In this document: positions 47,915 through 58,153 of the stretch, piece after piece
Layout of the letters: the number at the start of each line of letters is the position of its first letter
Numbering within the stretch: the stretch's first letter is position 1
Assembly (NCBI GenBank): GCA_049320885.1
Contig: JBMORA010000009.1
Coordinates: 397,882-461,881 of the forward strand
Reading direction: 5' to 3'
Length of the DNA: 64,000 bases
DNA from: Thermodesulfobacteriota bacterium
GTDB lineage: Bacteria > Desulfobacterota > Desulfobacteria > Desulfobacterales > SURF-7
The notes under the pieces: model-generated
Databases searched by the model: none
The model's input: the letters and a program-made list of their open reading frames with translations, nothing else
What the model was told of the DNA's origin: nothing
Program-made: the position numbers and the translations under genes

Positions 47915-50095
47915 ATGGAGCCCAACGCCATCACCATCGCCTTGGCCGGCAACCCCAATTCCGGCAAGACCACGATTTTCAACATGCTGACCGGTACGCG
48001 CCAGAAAGTGGGGAACTGGCCCGGCGTGACAGTGGAAAAAAAAGAAGGCCGGATCAGGAAATACGGATATGATCTCAATATTGTGGACCTGCCGGGCACT
48101 TACAGCCTGACTCCTTTTTCCATCGAAGAAATCGTGGCCCGGGATTATATCCTGGAGGAAAAACCGGATGTGGTCATCGACATCATCGATGCGTCCAATC
48201 TGGAGCGCAGCCTGTATCTGGCGACCCAGCTGCGGGAACTGGATTGCAGCAAGGTACTGTTTGCGCTGAATATGCACGATCTCGCACGATCCCGGGGGAT
48301 TAAAATCGATGCCGACAAGCTTTCCGAACTGCTGAACGTGCCGGTGGTATTCACGGTGGGCAACAAAAACGAAGGCATGGACACGCTGCTGAAGGCCGCT
48401 ATCGAATTGGCGGAACAGGAGAAGACGTCCCAACAGAAACGCCGGGTTCAATACAACAAGGACATCGAGGAGGCCGTCGGGGCGCTGCAAAGACAGATCC
48501 GCGATCTGGGCTGCGCCAGCCTGGGATACGATCTGCGCTGGACCGCCATCAAACTCTTGGAAGATGACACGATTCTGAAAAAACGGCTGGTGGAGAAAAT
48601 GCCGGAGCAGGCGCCGGTCATTCTGGACGCGGCCGGGATCCAGCGGACGACCCTGACCCGACGACTGGACGAGGAACCGGAAATCATCATGACCGATGAG
48701 CGCTATGGGTTCATAGCGGGGATTGTCAAGGAGGTCCTGACGACCTCGCGCAGCCAGCGGATTGATATCTCCCGCAATATCGATATGGTGCTGACCAACC
48801 GTTTCCTGGGATTTCCCATTTTCATCCTGCTGATCTGGCTGATGTTTCAATTGACCTTTACCATCGGCGCCTACCCCATGGAGTGGATCGAAGAAGCCGT
48901 ATCCGTATTTTCCGGCCTGCTTTCTTCTCACCTGCCGGACGGCATCCTGAAAGAACTGATTCTGGATGGGATTGTCGCCGGAGTGGGCAGCGTGATCGTT
49001 TTCCTGCCGAACATCTTGATTCTGTTTTTTTGCATCGCCTTGTTCGAGGACACCGGCTATATGGCCAGGGCCGCTTTTTTGATGGATCGCATCATGCATC
49101 TGATCGGACTGCATGGGAAATCCTTCATCCCAATGCTCATGGGTTTCGGTTGCAATGTACCGGCCATCATGGCCTCCCGGACGCTGGAAAGCGAGAAAGA
49201 CCGTATTCTGACCATCCTGATCACCCCCTTTATGTCTTGCTCCGCCCGGCTGCCCATCTATATTGTGTTGGCCGGGACTTTTTTCAGCCGCAGGGCCGGC
49301 AGCGTTTTGTTCGGTATTTACATGGCCGGCATTATCGTCGCCATTGTGAGCGGACGACTGTTCCGTTCCACCCTGCTCAAAGGAGCCGACGCGCCATTTG
49401 TCATGGAACTGCCGCCCTATCGAATGCCCATGGCCAAGAATCTTCTGATTCACATGTGGGATCGCAGTAAGCTTTTCCTCAAAAAAATGGGGGGCATTAT
49501 TCTGGTGGGCTCGGTGGTGGTCTGGGCCTTGTCGGCCTTTCCGCGGCAGGTGGACTTCTCCATCGATTACGCTGCCGCCAAGCGACAGCTGGAAACCGAA
49601 TTCAGCCGGCGGTTGGAATCGGTTTCCATTGCCGACCGCCCGGGCTTGCTGCAGGAACAGAAGAATCGTCTGGCAAGGCTGGATACCCTCCGGCAGATGG
49701 AAAAAAGCGAGAAATCATGGATGGGCTCCATCGGCAAGGCCATAGCACCTGTTTTCGCACCCCTTGGAATCGATTGGCGTGGCGGCGTGGCCCTCCTGAC
49801 CGGTTTTGTTGCCAAGGAGATCGTCGTGAGCACCATGGGCGTACTCTACGCGGCTGAGAACGAAGCCGAAGCCCTCCAACAGTCCCTGGCGGTTTCCGGC
49901 ATGACTCCCCTGGGAGCCTTGGCCATGATGCTGTTCGTACTGCTGTATGTGCCCTGTCTGGCCACGATCACGGCCATTTATCGGGAAACCGCCGGTTTGA
50001 AATGGACCCTTTTCAGTATTGCTTACAGTACCCTCATAGCCTGGACGGCGGCGTTCCTGGTATATCAGGGCGGCCGACTTTGCGGATTCGCCTGA
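47915..50095 (+). CDS. feoB: Ferrous iron transport protein B
   Basis: GNPNSGKT, VGNWPGVTVEKK, DLPGTYS, NMHD, EDTGYMARAAF, GFGCNVP, MSCSARLP, MELPPY, YVPC. Confidence 0.96.
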   Translation: MEPNAITIALAGNPNSGKTTIFNMLTGTRQKVGNWPGVTVEKKEGRIRKYGYDLNIVDLPGTYSLTPFSIEEIVARDYILEEKPDVVIDIIDASNLERSLYLATQLRELDCSKVLFALNMHDLARSRGIKIDADKLSELLNVPVVFTVGNKNEGMDTLLKAAIELAEQEKTSQQKRRVQYNKDIEEAVGALQRQIRDLGCASLGYDLRWTAIKLLEDDTILKKRLVEKMPEQAPVILDAAGIQRTTLTRRLDEEPEIIMTDERYGFIAGIVKEVLTTSRSQRIDISRNIDMVLTNRFLGFPIFILLIWLMFQLTFTIGAYPMEWIEEAVSVFSGLLSSHLPDGILKELILDGIVAGVGSVIVFLPNILILFFCIALFEDTGYMARAAFLMDRIMHLIGLHGKSFIPMLMGFGCNVPAIMASRTLESEKDRILTILITPFMSCSARLPIYIVLAGTFFSRRAGSVLFGIYMAGIIVAIVSGRLFRSTLLKGADAPFVMELPPYRMPMAKNLLIHMWDRSKLFLKKMGGIILVGSVVVWALSAFPRQVDFSIDYAAAKRQLETEFSRRLESVSIADRPGLLQEQKNRLARLDTLRQMEKSEKSWMGSIGKAIAPVFAPLGIDWRGGVALLTGFVAKEIVVSTMGVLYAAENEAEALQQSLAVSGMTPLGALAMMLFVLLYVPCLATITAIYRETAGLKWTLFSIAYSTLIAWTAAFLVYQGGRLCGFA

Positions 50096-50108
50096 AGGAA
50101 AGGAAACC

Positions 50109-50750
50109 GTGATCAAAGGATATCAGCTGAATACTTGTTTCGGACCGAAGGGCTGCCCAAACCGGGCCGTTCAGGGGGAGGGGCTGGCGGAAAAGCTGCT
50201 CCGGCTGCTGGACCAGGCGGATCTGCACCATTTTTTGAAGCAGCGGGTGCCGGGTCCCCTGAAGCATCACCATGAATTCCGGGTGAGCCTGGCGGAATGC
50301 CCGAATGCCTGCTCCCGACCCCAGATCAAGGATATCGGCCTGATCGGGGCCGTCCGGCCCCGGATCACCGCAGCATATTGCAAACAATGCGGAAATTGCA
50401 CGGCCCTGTGCCCCGACCGTGCGGTCGTCATGGGTCCGGGTGATGACAGACCCCGGATTGATGAATGCGCTTGCCTCTCGTGCGGCATCTGCATCGAGAA
50501 TTGCCAGACCGGAACCCTGACGGAGTCGGCAAGGGGCTGGAAGATTCTGGTGGGCGGCAAGCTGGGAAGAAGGCCACGCCTGGCAAGGGAAATTCCCGGC
50601 ATTTACAGCGCAGATGCGGTGCTGGGGTTTGTCGGCGCCTGCTTGGAATGGTATCGAAAAACCAGCACCGCCGGAGAGCGTTTCGCGGAGATCCTGACTC
50701 CCGCGGAGCTCAAAAATCTGGTGCGCTTTCTAGGAGAGCCGCTTCCATGA
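50109..50750 (+). CDS. Nitrite/sulfite-reductase-like 4Fe-4S domain protein with 2x[4Fe-4S] ferredoxin insert
   Basis: CFG..GCPN, CPNACS.PQI.D.G, two CxxCxxCxxxC motifs, GGKLGR.P. Confidence 0.85.
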   Translation: MIKGYQLNTCFGPKGCPNRAVQGEGLAEKLLRLLDQADLHHFLKQRVPGPLKHHHEFRVSLAECPNACSRPQIKDIGLIGAVRPRITAAYCKQCGNCTALCPDRAVVMGPGDDRPRIDECACLSCGICIENCQTGTLTESARGWKILVGGKLGRRPRLAREIPGIYSADAVLGFVGACLEWYRKTSTAGERFAEILTPAELKNLVRFLGEPLP

Positions 50751-51649
50751 ATCTCCGGGAAAATGTCCCGACCGCCCGGAGAGCGGTATTGCCCCTGGCG
50801 GTATTGCTGATTTTCACCGCGGTGGGCGTCGTCGTCGCCGGATACCGGGAAAACCACTGGTATGCCGTGATGTTCACCATGATCGGCGTTGCCGCCATGG
50901 CGTCCATCCTGCTGACCCGGCGATATCCCCGGCTGAGCCAATCGATCCGCCTGATTCAGTTGTCGGCCCTGGGGATTTTTTTCTTTACGGGCTTGTCCCT
51001 GCGTCTGAATGTGAATTTCCAATTCCCCCAGGTGATTTTTGATGCCGCCGCAGGGGTTGTCGGCGGGGCGCTGATTCAGCTGCTGATCGCCCGGGCGGCC
51101 ATCCCGCTCCTGTTCGGTAACGGGTTTTGTTCGCGGGCGTGCTGGGATGCGGTGATTTTTGAGTGGACCGATCCCGGTTGGAAAGGCGGCCGATCTCTTC
51201 CCGTGAAAAAACGTTCCGAAATACTGGCCTGGGGGTATTTGGCGGCCCTGGTTCTCGTTGCCCTGATCACCGCCTGGCGGCATAATCCGGTTCGCCATGA
51301 TACGGCCCGCCTATACTGGATGATCGGTGAAAATGTATTGATCGTCGGGTTCGGCGTGGGGTTTACCGGCATTCTGGGCCGCCGGGCATACTGCCGTCTG
51401 TTGTGTCCCTTCCTGACCCTTTCGGGGATTATTTCGCGATTTTCCGTTTTCAAGATCACGCCGGTGAAACCCGGCGCCTGTCTGGATTGCGGCCGGTGCA
51501 ATCTGGCCTGTCCCATGATGGTGGATGTCATGGGCGCGGTCCGGGAAAATCGTCGGGTCCGGGACCGTCAGTGCATCCTGTGCGAACGATGCGCCGACGC
51601 CTGCCCGGCAGGCTGCATCGCCATTGCCGCCGGCAATCCGTTCCATTGA
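50747..51649 (+). CDS. Membrane 4Fe-4S binding protein (NapH/MauN-like)
   Basis: Several TM helices; FCSRACW, YC..LCP, two CxxCxxCxxxCP motifs; ATGA overlap with the previous gene. Confidence 0.85.
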   Translation: MNLRENVPTARRAVLPLAVLLIFTAVGVVVAGYRENHWYAVMFTMIGVAAMASILLTRRYPRLSQSIRLIQLSALGIFFFTGLSLRLNVNFQFPQVIFDAAAGVVGGALIQLLIARAAIPLLFGNGFCSRACWDAVIFEWTDPGWKGGRSLPVKKRSEILAWGYLAALVLVALITAWRHNPVRHDTARLYWMIGENVLIVGFGVGFTGILGRRAYCRLLCPFLTLSGIISRFSVFKITPVKPGACLDCGRCNLACPMMVDVMGAVRENRRVRDRQCILCERCADACPAGCIAIAAGNPFH

Positions 51650-51697
51650 GCCACCGGGATCCGCGCTTGCGCCCGCCAGTTTGCCCCCGGACAGCAT

Positions 51698-52153
51698 TCA
51701 CGGCCGGATTTTCCCGCGGATGTCGTCTATCTGCAACCGCAGGAGCCGGGTTCGGGTCAGGGCGCTGTCCGGGAAAAGGTGCTGATGGCTTCCGTACTGG
51801 CGCATGATCCATTCCAGGGCCCGGCGTTTTTCCTCCGGGTCGTCCAGGAAGCGGATGTCGCCGAAACCGATGACGCTTTCATAGCGCATGCCCCAGTTGC
51901 AAGCCTGGTCGGCCGTAATGACCTCATTCAGGATGTCGAATTCGAAACAGACCCTGTTGTTTCTGGCAAGGATGTCTATTTTCCGTCCCTCGAAGGCGGC
52001 ATGGAAATAAATCGCTTCCCCGTCATATCCGAAACTCAGCGGTACGATGTAAGGCCGGCCCTGGTCGCACATGGCCAGGCGGCAGACCCGGCAGCGCCGG
52101 ATAATATCGTCGATGATCTCCCGGTCGGTTATCTCCCGGTCGTTGCGGCGCAT
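51698..52153 (-). CDS. Pyridoxamine 5'-phosphate oxidase-like / NimA family flavoprotein
   Basis: MRR.DREI, CRLA....PY.VP, YFH.A..GRK, VCFE, YESVIG.G. Confidence 0.88.
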   Translation of the reverse strand: MRRNDREITDREIIDDIIRRCRVCRLAMCDQGRPYIVPLSFGYDGEAIYFHAAFEGRKIDILARNNRVCFEFDILNEVITADQACNWGMRYESVIGFGDIRFLDDPEEKRRALEWIMRQYGSHQHLFPDSALTRTRLLRLQIDDIRGKIRP

Positions 52154-52173
52154 GGGCTATCCGTTTCGTCGGG

Positions 52174-52377
52174 TTATTGCATCAGGGCGGCCAGCATTCC
52201 CGGATGGACCTGGAAAAATTTTTCCAGGCGCTCCACTTGTCCCGGAGTGGGAATGCGGATGCCGCGTTCCAGTTCAACCAGTCGGGACTGGGGGATGCTC
52301 AACAGCCGGCTGGCTTCCGTCAGGGCCAGGTTCTTCGATTCCCGCAGGCTTTTCAATTGTTCACCGAATTTGTTCAT
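52174..52377 (-). CDS. XRE family HTH protein
   Basis: FG..LK.LRE...L...A..L.I....L..LE.G...P. Confidence 0.8.
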   Translation of the reverse strand: MNKFGEQLKSLRESKNLALTEASRLLSIPQSRLVELERGIRIPTPGQVERLEKFFQVHPGMLAALMQ

Positions 52378-52549
52378 GACCTGTTTCCTTTTCGTTTCCG
52401 GCAGAATGCAATCGTAACAACCGTGAATCCTCTGTTTTCATTTAGCGCCAACCGTGTGGGGCGGTCAAGGGGGTAATGCGGAATAATCCTTGAATTTCGG
52501 TCCGGCGGTGTGTATAGCGACTTCCATTGAAGGCATATGGGGGAAACGG

Positions 52550-53023
52550 ATGGAATTGGAAAGCAAGCTCATACCGGTCCTGCGGGAAGGCGTCACGGTA
52601 GTGAAAATGATTTTGTACAAGGAGTTGAAGCCGTATCTGACGTCAAAATACCCGGACCGCGATGCCGCCATGCTGGCCGGCGCGGTGATCAACGATATTT
52701 TCGGTACCCCCAACCCGGAAGCGCGGTTCCTGAGGTTTGTGGCTGACAATCGTTTCATCATCCAGACCGAAATCGACGGATTTGCTTCCCGATTCGATTC
52801 GTTGCGGCTGCCACTCACCGACGCCTTGCGGGTGCAGTTTCTGTGCGACAGCCAGGAAGGCATGGGCAACGAAGGCATCCTGACACGGGCCAGGGAAGCG
52901 AACATTCTGATGGTGGACCGCGATGTCCCTCTGCCGAAATTTTTCATGAACCTGGTGCGTCGTCTGGGGGTCGCTTACCGGATTCTTGCCCCGCAGGCGA
53001 ACACACCGCCGGGGGAAGATTAG
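52550..53023 (+). CDS. Conserved hypothetical protein
   Basis: 157 aa ORF (LIP.LREG..VV, GAV.N..FG, TDALR.QFLCD..EG, PLP..F). Confidence 0.7.
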   Translation: MELESKLIPVLREGVTVVKMILYKELKPYLTSKYPDRDAAMLAGAVINDIFGTPNPEARFLRFVADNRFIIQTEIDGFASRFDSLRLPLTDALRVQFLCDSQEGMGNEGILTRAREANILMVDRDVPLPKFFMNLVRRLGVAYRILAPQANTPPGED

Positions 53024-53664
53024 GCCGGACGAGTATCCGCCCGGGCATTGCGCAGCCGCTTGAGCCTGACCAGTCCCGGGCTGGTATGCAGATACATCAG
53101 CGATGATCGGCAGCCCCGGTCGATGAAAACGCTTTCAACGGCTTCAAACAGCACCGGCCGGTCGGGCCAGGTGAAGGAATTTTTCAGGACTTTCAGTTCC
53201 TCCCATTGGCGCTGTGCTTCCGGATCGTTTGCGAACACCTGTTTTTCCGCCTCGTCGCACAGAAAGAATTCACACACGATCGGTTTGATCCGCCATACGC
53301 AGCCGCTTTCCGACAGGTAGATGCATTTGACCTCGCTGGGCGGCCGCCGGATGGCGGACTCCATCCTTTCCAGTCCACCGGCGCCGGCAGCCAAGGCATT
53401 GATGACCATGTCGGCGAAGAAGGTGATGATGCCGTCCTTGGAGCAGCAGGCGCTGCGCCTATCCCGGTAGCATTTTTCCGTGCAGATTCCGCCGAAACGG
53501 GTTTCCAGAAAATCCGCCGTCCGGGAGCGGAATTCATGGTATTCCCCCAGCATGGCGGCGAGCGGATCCGTTTTGAATGCATCCAGATTTTGTAGCCGCT
53601 GCCGGATCATGAGCAGGGCCTCCAGCTGTTCCTGCTGATAGGCATTCATCAGGTCATCGGCCAT
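53020..53664 (-). CDS. Cys-rich hypothetical protein (CxxxC..CC, YkgJ-like)
   Basis: CTEKC....SACC, C.YL...GC....KPIVC..FLC; GGAGG SD. Confidence 0.7.
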   Translation of the reverse strand: MADDLMNAYQQEQLEALLMIRQRLQNLDAFKTDPLAAMLGEYHEFRSRTADFLETRFGGICTEKCYRDRRSACCSKDGIITFFADMVINALAAGAGGLERMESAIRRPPSEVKCIYLSESGCVWRIKPIVCEFFLCDEAEKQVFANDPEAQRQWEELKVLKNSFTWPDRPVLFEAVESVFIDRGCRSSLMYLHTSPGLVRLKRLRNARADTRPA

Positions 53665-53701
53665 GAGGGTTCTGTTTCCTCCCGGGTAGCCGGTTTGAGG
53701 G

Positions 53702-55858
53702 TCAATCGAACAAGCCCTGAAGGAGATTGCCCGCATCCTTGCCCAGCTTCTTTTCCAGTCCCTGCTGCAGCTGGCCCTTGGCGGCATTTACCGCCGCTTT
53801 TTGGAGCATCCGGTTCAGGCTGTCGCCGTCCGCCGCCACCGCCGGTTTCATGATCTGCCCGCTGATGGCGCAGGGAATTTCGAGGCGCTTGTCTTTATTT
53901 AGCAAATGCTTCATGTAGTTGTCCTTTTCGAGGCGGGCGGAAAGAGCCTCGGAAAGCACCACGGATGTCCGTAAATCCAGGGCTTTGTCCAGCCCGATGT
54001 CGCCGCCGCCGGAGAGCAGAAAATCCCGGGCCGCTATGGAGAGGGAATCCAGCCGGATCTTCCCGCCCAGAATCGCGAATTTGCCGGCCAAATCCTGGAA
54101 AACCGTTTCTCCCGTCTGTTTCCCTTCCCGGGGGGACAGGGTTTGGGCCAGGAGACCCAGCCCCTGAAATCCGGCCAGGCTCTGACCGACTTCATCCAAC
54201 AGGTTGATTGAGGTCAGTTTGCCGTCGACGATATCCGCGGAACCCTTTCCGTCCATGCTTTTCGAGATGGAAGACCAGTCTTTTCCGACGCCCTGGAGTG
54301 ACAGCCGGGTATTTACATTGCCGTACAGGGTGTCTTTCAGGCTGGTGAAATTGCTGAGGGCGGAATTGGCGCTGATGTTTTCCGTTCCCAGATCGATGCT
54401 CCATCTGGGTGTTTCCATATCCGTGAGATCCACCCGGCCGCTGGTGGAGACAACACCACCGAAAGTGGCGAAGCGCAGTTTCTTCAGAACAGCCACTGCA
54501 TCGGCATAGGCAATTTCCGCAGTCAGATCGTCGAGCTGCATGCCCTTGACCTTGCATTTTTTAACCGCCACGCGACCGTTGACCTTGATATCCGGTGCTT
54601 TTGGGGAAGTGCCCTGCTCCCTGGCAGGTTCTTTTTCCCCTTGATCCGGCGCCGGTTTTGCCGGCGGGGGCAGCAGGCCGTCCACATCCAGATACGAGGA
54701 GGTCAGTTGAAAGGAAACGTCCGGTTTCAGTATATTCTGAACGGCCGCGTCGATCCGGATGTCGGAGTCCCCCACCTGAAAGGCCAGTTCCTGCACCTTG
54801 AGGTCTTTCCCGGCCAAGGCCGCGGCCAGTTGGATCTTTTCAATGGTTTTTCCCAATGCGGCCGGCGTAACGCCGCCGTTTCGCAGGGACACCGTTCCGC
54901 TGACGCCTTTCAGGGCTTTCAACTCATCGACGGTCCCGGTGGCGCGGAAGTCGGTCAAGGTCAGTTCACCCTTCAGGGCCAGGGGGCTCAGCAGGGGCAG
55001 GACTTCCGCCAAATCCTCCAGGGAAGTGGGCGAAAGGTCCAGTTTGGCGTCGATATTCGGCTTTGTGAGGCCTTGAATACGGGCCGCGGCGTTGAAAACC
55101 ATCTGGCCGAGAACCATCTTCATCTGCTCAATCCGGACCTCGTCTTTCCGGAGCATGGTGGCGCACTGAATAGAGAGGGGCACTCCGGAGTCCTTGGGAA
55201 ATAAGTCGCCGACGATGACATGGACGTCCGAATCCAGTTCAAGGCGGATCTCCTCCGGGGAATAGGCGGCGTCCAGGGATAGGGTCAGACGGTCCAGGGC
55301 GTATTCTTTGGCGGCTTTTGGATTGGAGGCGTCGAAGAATCGGAACCGGGCGTCCTTGATCGAGAGATTGGCTACCTGAAATGTCCCGAGCAGCGCCGGC
55401 AGATCCATGGACGGTTCCGGAGGTCTGGTTCCGGTCTGCTGGGCCTCGGCACTATCCTTGTTATCCTTGGCCGGGATCATATCGGTGAAGTTCATGCGTC
55501 CCTTCTGATCTTTTTCCAGCAGAATGTCGGGTTTGACAATGGAAATCGAAGAGATCGCCACGGTTTTTTTCAGCAGGGGCATCAGCCGGACCCGGGCGCG
55601 GAGACTCTCCATGCTGACAAACGCCTCCTTCCGGAAGTCCGGATGATTGGAAATGCTGACGTTTTGGATCTCGGCGCCGATGCCGGTCAGCAGGGTCAAC
55701 TTCACGTCACCGATGGCGATCTTCCGATGGATCTGCTTTTCAACAGCGGGAATCTGGGCGACCACGATATCCTTGATGTTGATGACAAAGGGCAGGATGA
55801 TCAGCAGCGTCAGGATCAGACCTGCAAAAACGGCGAACCCGATCAGGAACTTTTTCAT
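53702..55858 (-). CDS. AsmA family protein
   Basis: N-terminal TM anchor, repeating beta-strand (Chorein/AsmA) pattern, C-terminal I.G....P. Confidence 0.85.
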   Translation of the reverse strand: MKKFLIGFAVFAGLILTLLIILPFVINIKDIVVAQIPAVEKQIHRKIAIGDVKLTLLTGIGAEIQNVSISNHPDFRKEAFVSMESLRARVRLMPLLKKTVAISSISIVKPDILLEKDQKGRMNFTDMIPAKDNKDSAEAQQTGTRPPEPSMDLPALLGTFQVANLSIKDARFRFFDASNPKAAKEYALDRLTLSLDAAYSPEEIRLELDSDVHVIVGDLFPKDSGVPLSIQCATMLRKDEVRIEQMKMVLGQMVFNAAARIQGLTKPNIDAKLDLSPTSLEDLAEVLPLLSPLALKGELTLTDFRATGTVDELKALKGVSGTVSLRNGGVTPAALGKTIEKIQLAAALAGKDLKVQELAFQVGDSDIRIDAAVQNILKPDVSFQLTSSYLDVDGLLPPPAKPAPDQGEKEPAREQGTSPKAPDIKVNGRVAVKKCKVKGMQLDDLTAEIAYADAVAVLKKLRFATFGGVVSTSGRVDLTDMETPRWSIDLGTENISANSALSNFTSLKDTLYGNVNTRLSLQGVGKDWSSISKSMDGKGSADIVDGKLTSINLLDEVGQSLAGFQGLGLLAQTLSPREGKQTGETVFQDLAGKFAILGGKIRLDSLSIAARDFLLSGGGDIGLDKALDLRTSVVLSEALSARLEKDNYMKHLLNKDKRLEIPCAISGQIMKPAVAADGDSLNRMLQKAAVNAAKGQLQQGLEKKLGKDAGNLLQGLFD

Positions 55859-56100
55859 AAGCGAATCTCCACGTTGGTGGTTTTATAAAAATCTTGAAAT
55901 TTGAAATCATTGATTTTGGACATCGTAAACTGGGCAATGGGGATGCTATAACTGAATTCGGCGGGATGTTCAAATGATTCATGAAATCGGCTTTGCGCTT
56001 TTCAGGCGATTTCATTATAGTGGCCGTCGTTTAGGGGATATTCCCATGGCATGACAGTAGCCTTGTTGTTTGGAAAAGACATGGAAATAAAAGCGGTTGA

Positions 56101-56898
56101 ATGGAAATGCAGATTGCGGCGGACAACCTGACCATCACGCGCAAGGAGGTGGCAGCGGCCCTGGAACGGATGGAGGCGGGGCCTATCATCGAACTGGTGC
56201 GGCGCATGGAAAAAGCGGGGGCGGATCTCATCGATATCAATTCCGGGCCGCTGCTGCGGGAGCCGGAGACCCGGATGCGGTTTCTGGTGGAAACCGTCCA
56301 GTCCGCCACCCGTCTGCCGTTGCTGCTGGACACGTCCAATCCAAAAGCCATCGGGGCCGGCCTTGCCGTTGCCGGGCGGAAGGCCGTAATCAACGGTTTT
56401 TCCCTGGAGCCGGAAAAGCTGGAACGCATTCTGCCGCTAGCCAGGGAATATGAGGCGGACATCATCGGTTATCTGCTGTTGCCCAACGGGCATGTGCCCT
56501 TGGACGAAGCGGATATGATGGACATCGCTCTGGCCCTGCACGCCGAGATCAAAAAGGCGGGCATCGATGAGAACCGGCTGATCATCGACCCGGTGGTGGC
56601 ACCGGCGATATGGGAAAACGGGATGCATCACAACCGGCAGATATTATCCCTCATCCGCCATTTGCCCGATCTGCTGGGCTATCCCGTCCGCACCATCGCG
56701 GGATTGTCCAATCTGACGGCAGGACCGGGGCCTGGAGATCAAAAACGGATCCTGGAGCGCGTCTTTCTGCCCATGCTCGCCCATGCCGGTCTTTCCATCG
56801 TCCTCCTGAATATGTTCAGCCCGGAAATCCGGGGGATCGCCAAGGCCTGCAACGCTCTGACCGATTCCCGGCCCTTCACCTGGGCCGGGTTGTCATGA
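56101..56898 (+). CDS. Pterin-binding TIM barrel, methyltetrahydrofolate:corrinoid methyltransferase (AcsE)-like
   Basis: GAD.IDIN.G, LDT, ING.S, IIDP, GLSNL conserved in AcsE/MetH folate domains. Confidence 0.8.
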   Translation: MEMQIAADNLTITRKEVAAALERMEAGPIIELVRRMEKAGADLIDINSGPLLREPETRMRFLVETVQSATRLPLLLDTSNPKAIGAGLAVAGRKAVINGFSLEPEKLERILPLAREYEADIIGYLLLPNGHVPLDEADMMDIALALHAEIKKAGIDENRLIIDPVVAPAIWENGMHHNRQILSLIRHLPDLLGYPVRTIAGLSNLTAGPGPGDQKRILERVFLPMLAHAGLSIVLLNMFSPEIRGIAKACNALTDSRPFTWAGLS

Positions 56899-56950
56899 AG
56901 AGACGGATTGCGGCAATGATTTTGCCTGTGTCCTGTCGGCAAGCGGTTGA

Positions 56951-58072
56951 TCACCAGGGCAGCAACCGTCCGCTCTCCACCGGTTGATGGTCGATTCCCT
57001 TTGAAATGACCAGTTTTTCACCGATGGTTTTGCCGGCGGAATAGGCCGATGGGTCAACGTCCGATGCGCGCCGGAAGGATCGCAGCCGGTGGTAGCGAAA
57101 CCCCACGTAATGGTTGAGCTGATCGTCTTCCAGTAATACCAAGTGGTTGGGGGTTGTTTTTTTTCGGTATCCCTCCATGGTCTCGCTTTTCCGTTTGTCC
57201 AGGGTTTTCCGAAATCCGTCCACTATGCCCAATGCAAATCCAGCCTTTCCCTTTCGCGCGGATTTTTCCTTCCGACGGTATTCATCCCACCGGGAGGTGA
57301 TATATTGCTGCAGGTAATCGAAGACATAACTCGCAATGAGGACGTTGGGTGGTGTCCCGGACACTTCCGGAACCCGGCCCATTTTGCCTTTTGCCAGGAC
57401 ATAGGAAGAAATCCAGACCACCTGCACGAAATAATGGGCCTCCAGAAGCGCGGTAATGCTCACAGTACTGGCGGCATGCCGCAGGGCAGGTTCTCCAAGG
57501 AAGAGGCTTACGAAAGATCGCTTTTCCGGGGTTTCCAGAATGGCGAGGTTGTACTTGGTGATCAATTCATTGGCTTTGGCCGCAGCCAGGGCTGACTCGT
57601 GGGGGTTTTCCGATTCGGCGAGCTGCATCAGTAAACGGACTTTCCGGATCAGGCGGTCCTGGGGGGTGTCGTCACGAACCGAGTCCTGGAGGATGCGCCG
57701 TGTGCCCGTTGCCCTTGGGTCGGCATGCAGGATGTCGCAGGCTTTCCGGAAGAGCGGTCCATGGGGCGGCTCCTTTCGTGCTCCGTCCAAACTGGATGCA
57801 AGCTGGTGGGCCATTTCATGCCGTAATACTTCGATGAGGGAGCCCCAGTCGGTTCCTAAAATGAATTCCCTGGAAAAGGACAGGAGATATCCTGCCTCTG
57901 TCCAGGACGCTGTCGGGTGGATTCCTCCGGTGAGCCGGAAGACCGGCAAGCGAATCCGGGAACGGTATTCCTCCGCCAGTTCTTGATGGATGGCTTGCCA
58001 TTCCAGTTGAAGGCCTTTCAATATCGAATTGTCCAGTTGTTCCTGGATGGCTGCCGATGTCGGTTTATGCAT
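56951..58072 (-). CDS. SprT-like zinc metalloprotease domain + DUF2786 protein
   Basis: RHEMAHQ (HExxH) and HG..F; K..LL.LA.S.N.HE...A..KA..L..KYN (DUF2786). Confidence 0.8.
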   Translation of the reverse strand: MHKPTSAAIQEQLDNSILKGLQLEWQAIHQELAEEYRSRIRLPVFRLTGGIHPTASWTEAGYLLSFSREFILGTDWGSLIEVLRHEMAHQLASSLDGARKEPPHGPLFRKACDILHADPRATGTRRILQDSVRDDTPQDRLIRKVRLLMQLAESENPHESALAAAKANELITKYNLAILETPEKRSFVSLFLGEPALRHAASTVSITALLEAHYFVQVVWISSYVLAKGKMGRVPEVSGTPPNVLIASYVFDYLQQYITSRWDEYRRKEKSARKGKAGFALGIVDGFRKTLDKRKSETMEGYRKKTTPNHLVLLEDDQLNHYVGFRYHRLRSFRRASDVDPSAYSAGKTIGEKLVISKGIDHQPVESGRLLPW

Positions 58073-58153
58073 GGCGTTTTCCGCAAAATCCCGGCGGTGG
58101 ACGCCATGGGAAAAAGCGTCCCGATTGTTGGAATGAAATAAGGATCGGCGGCA

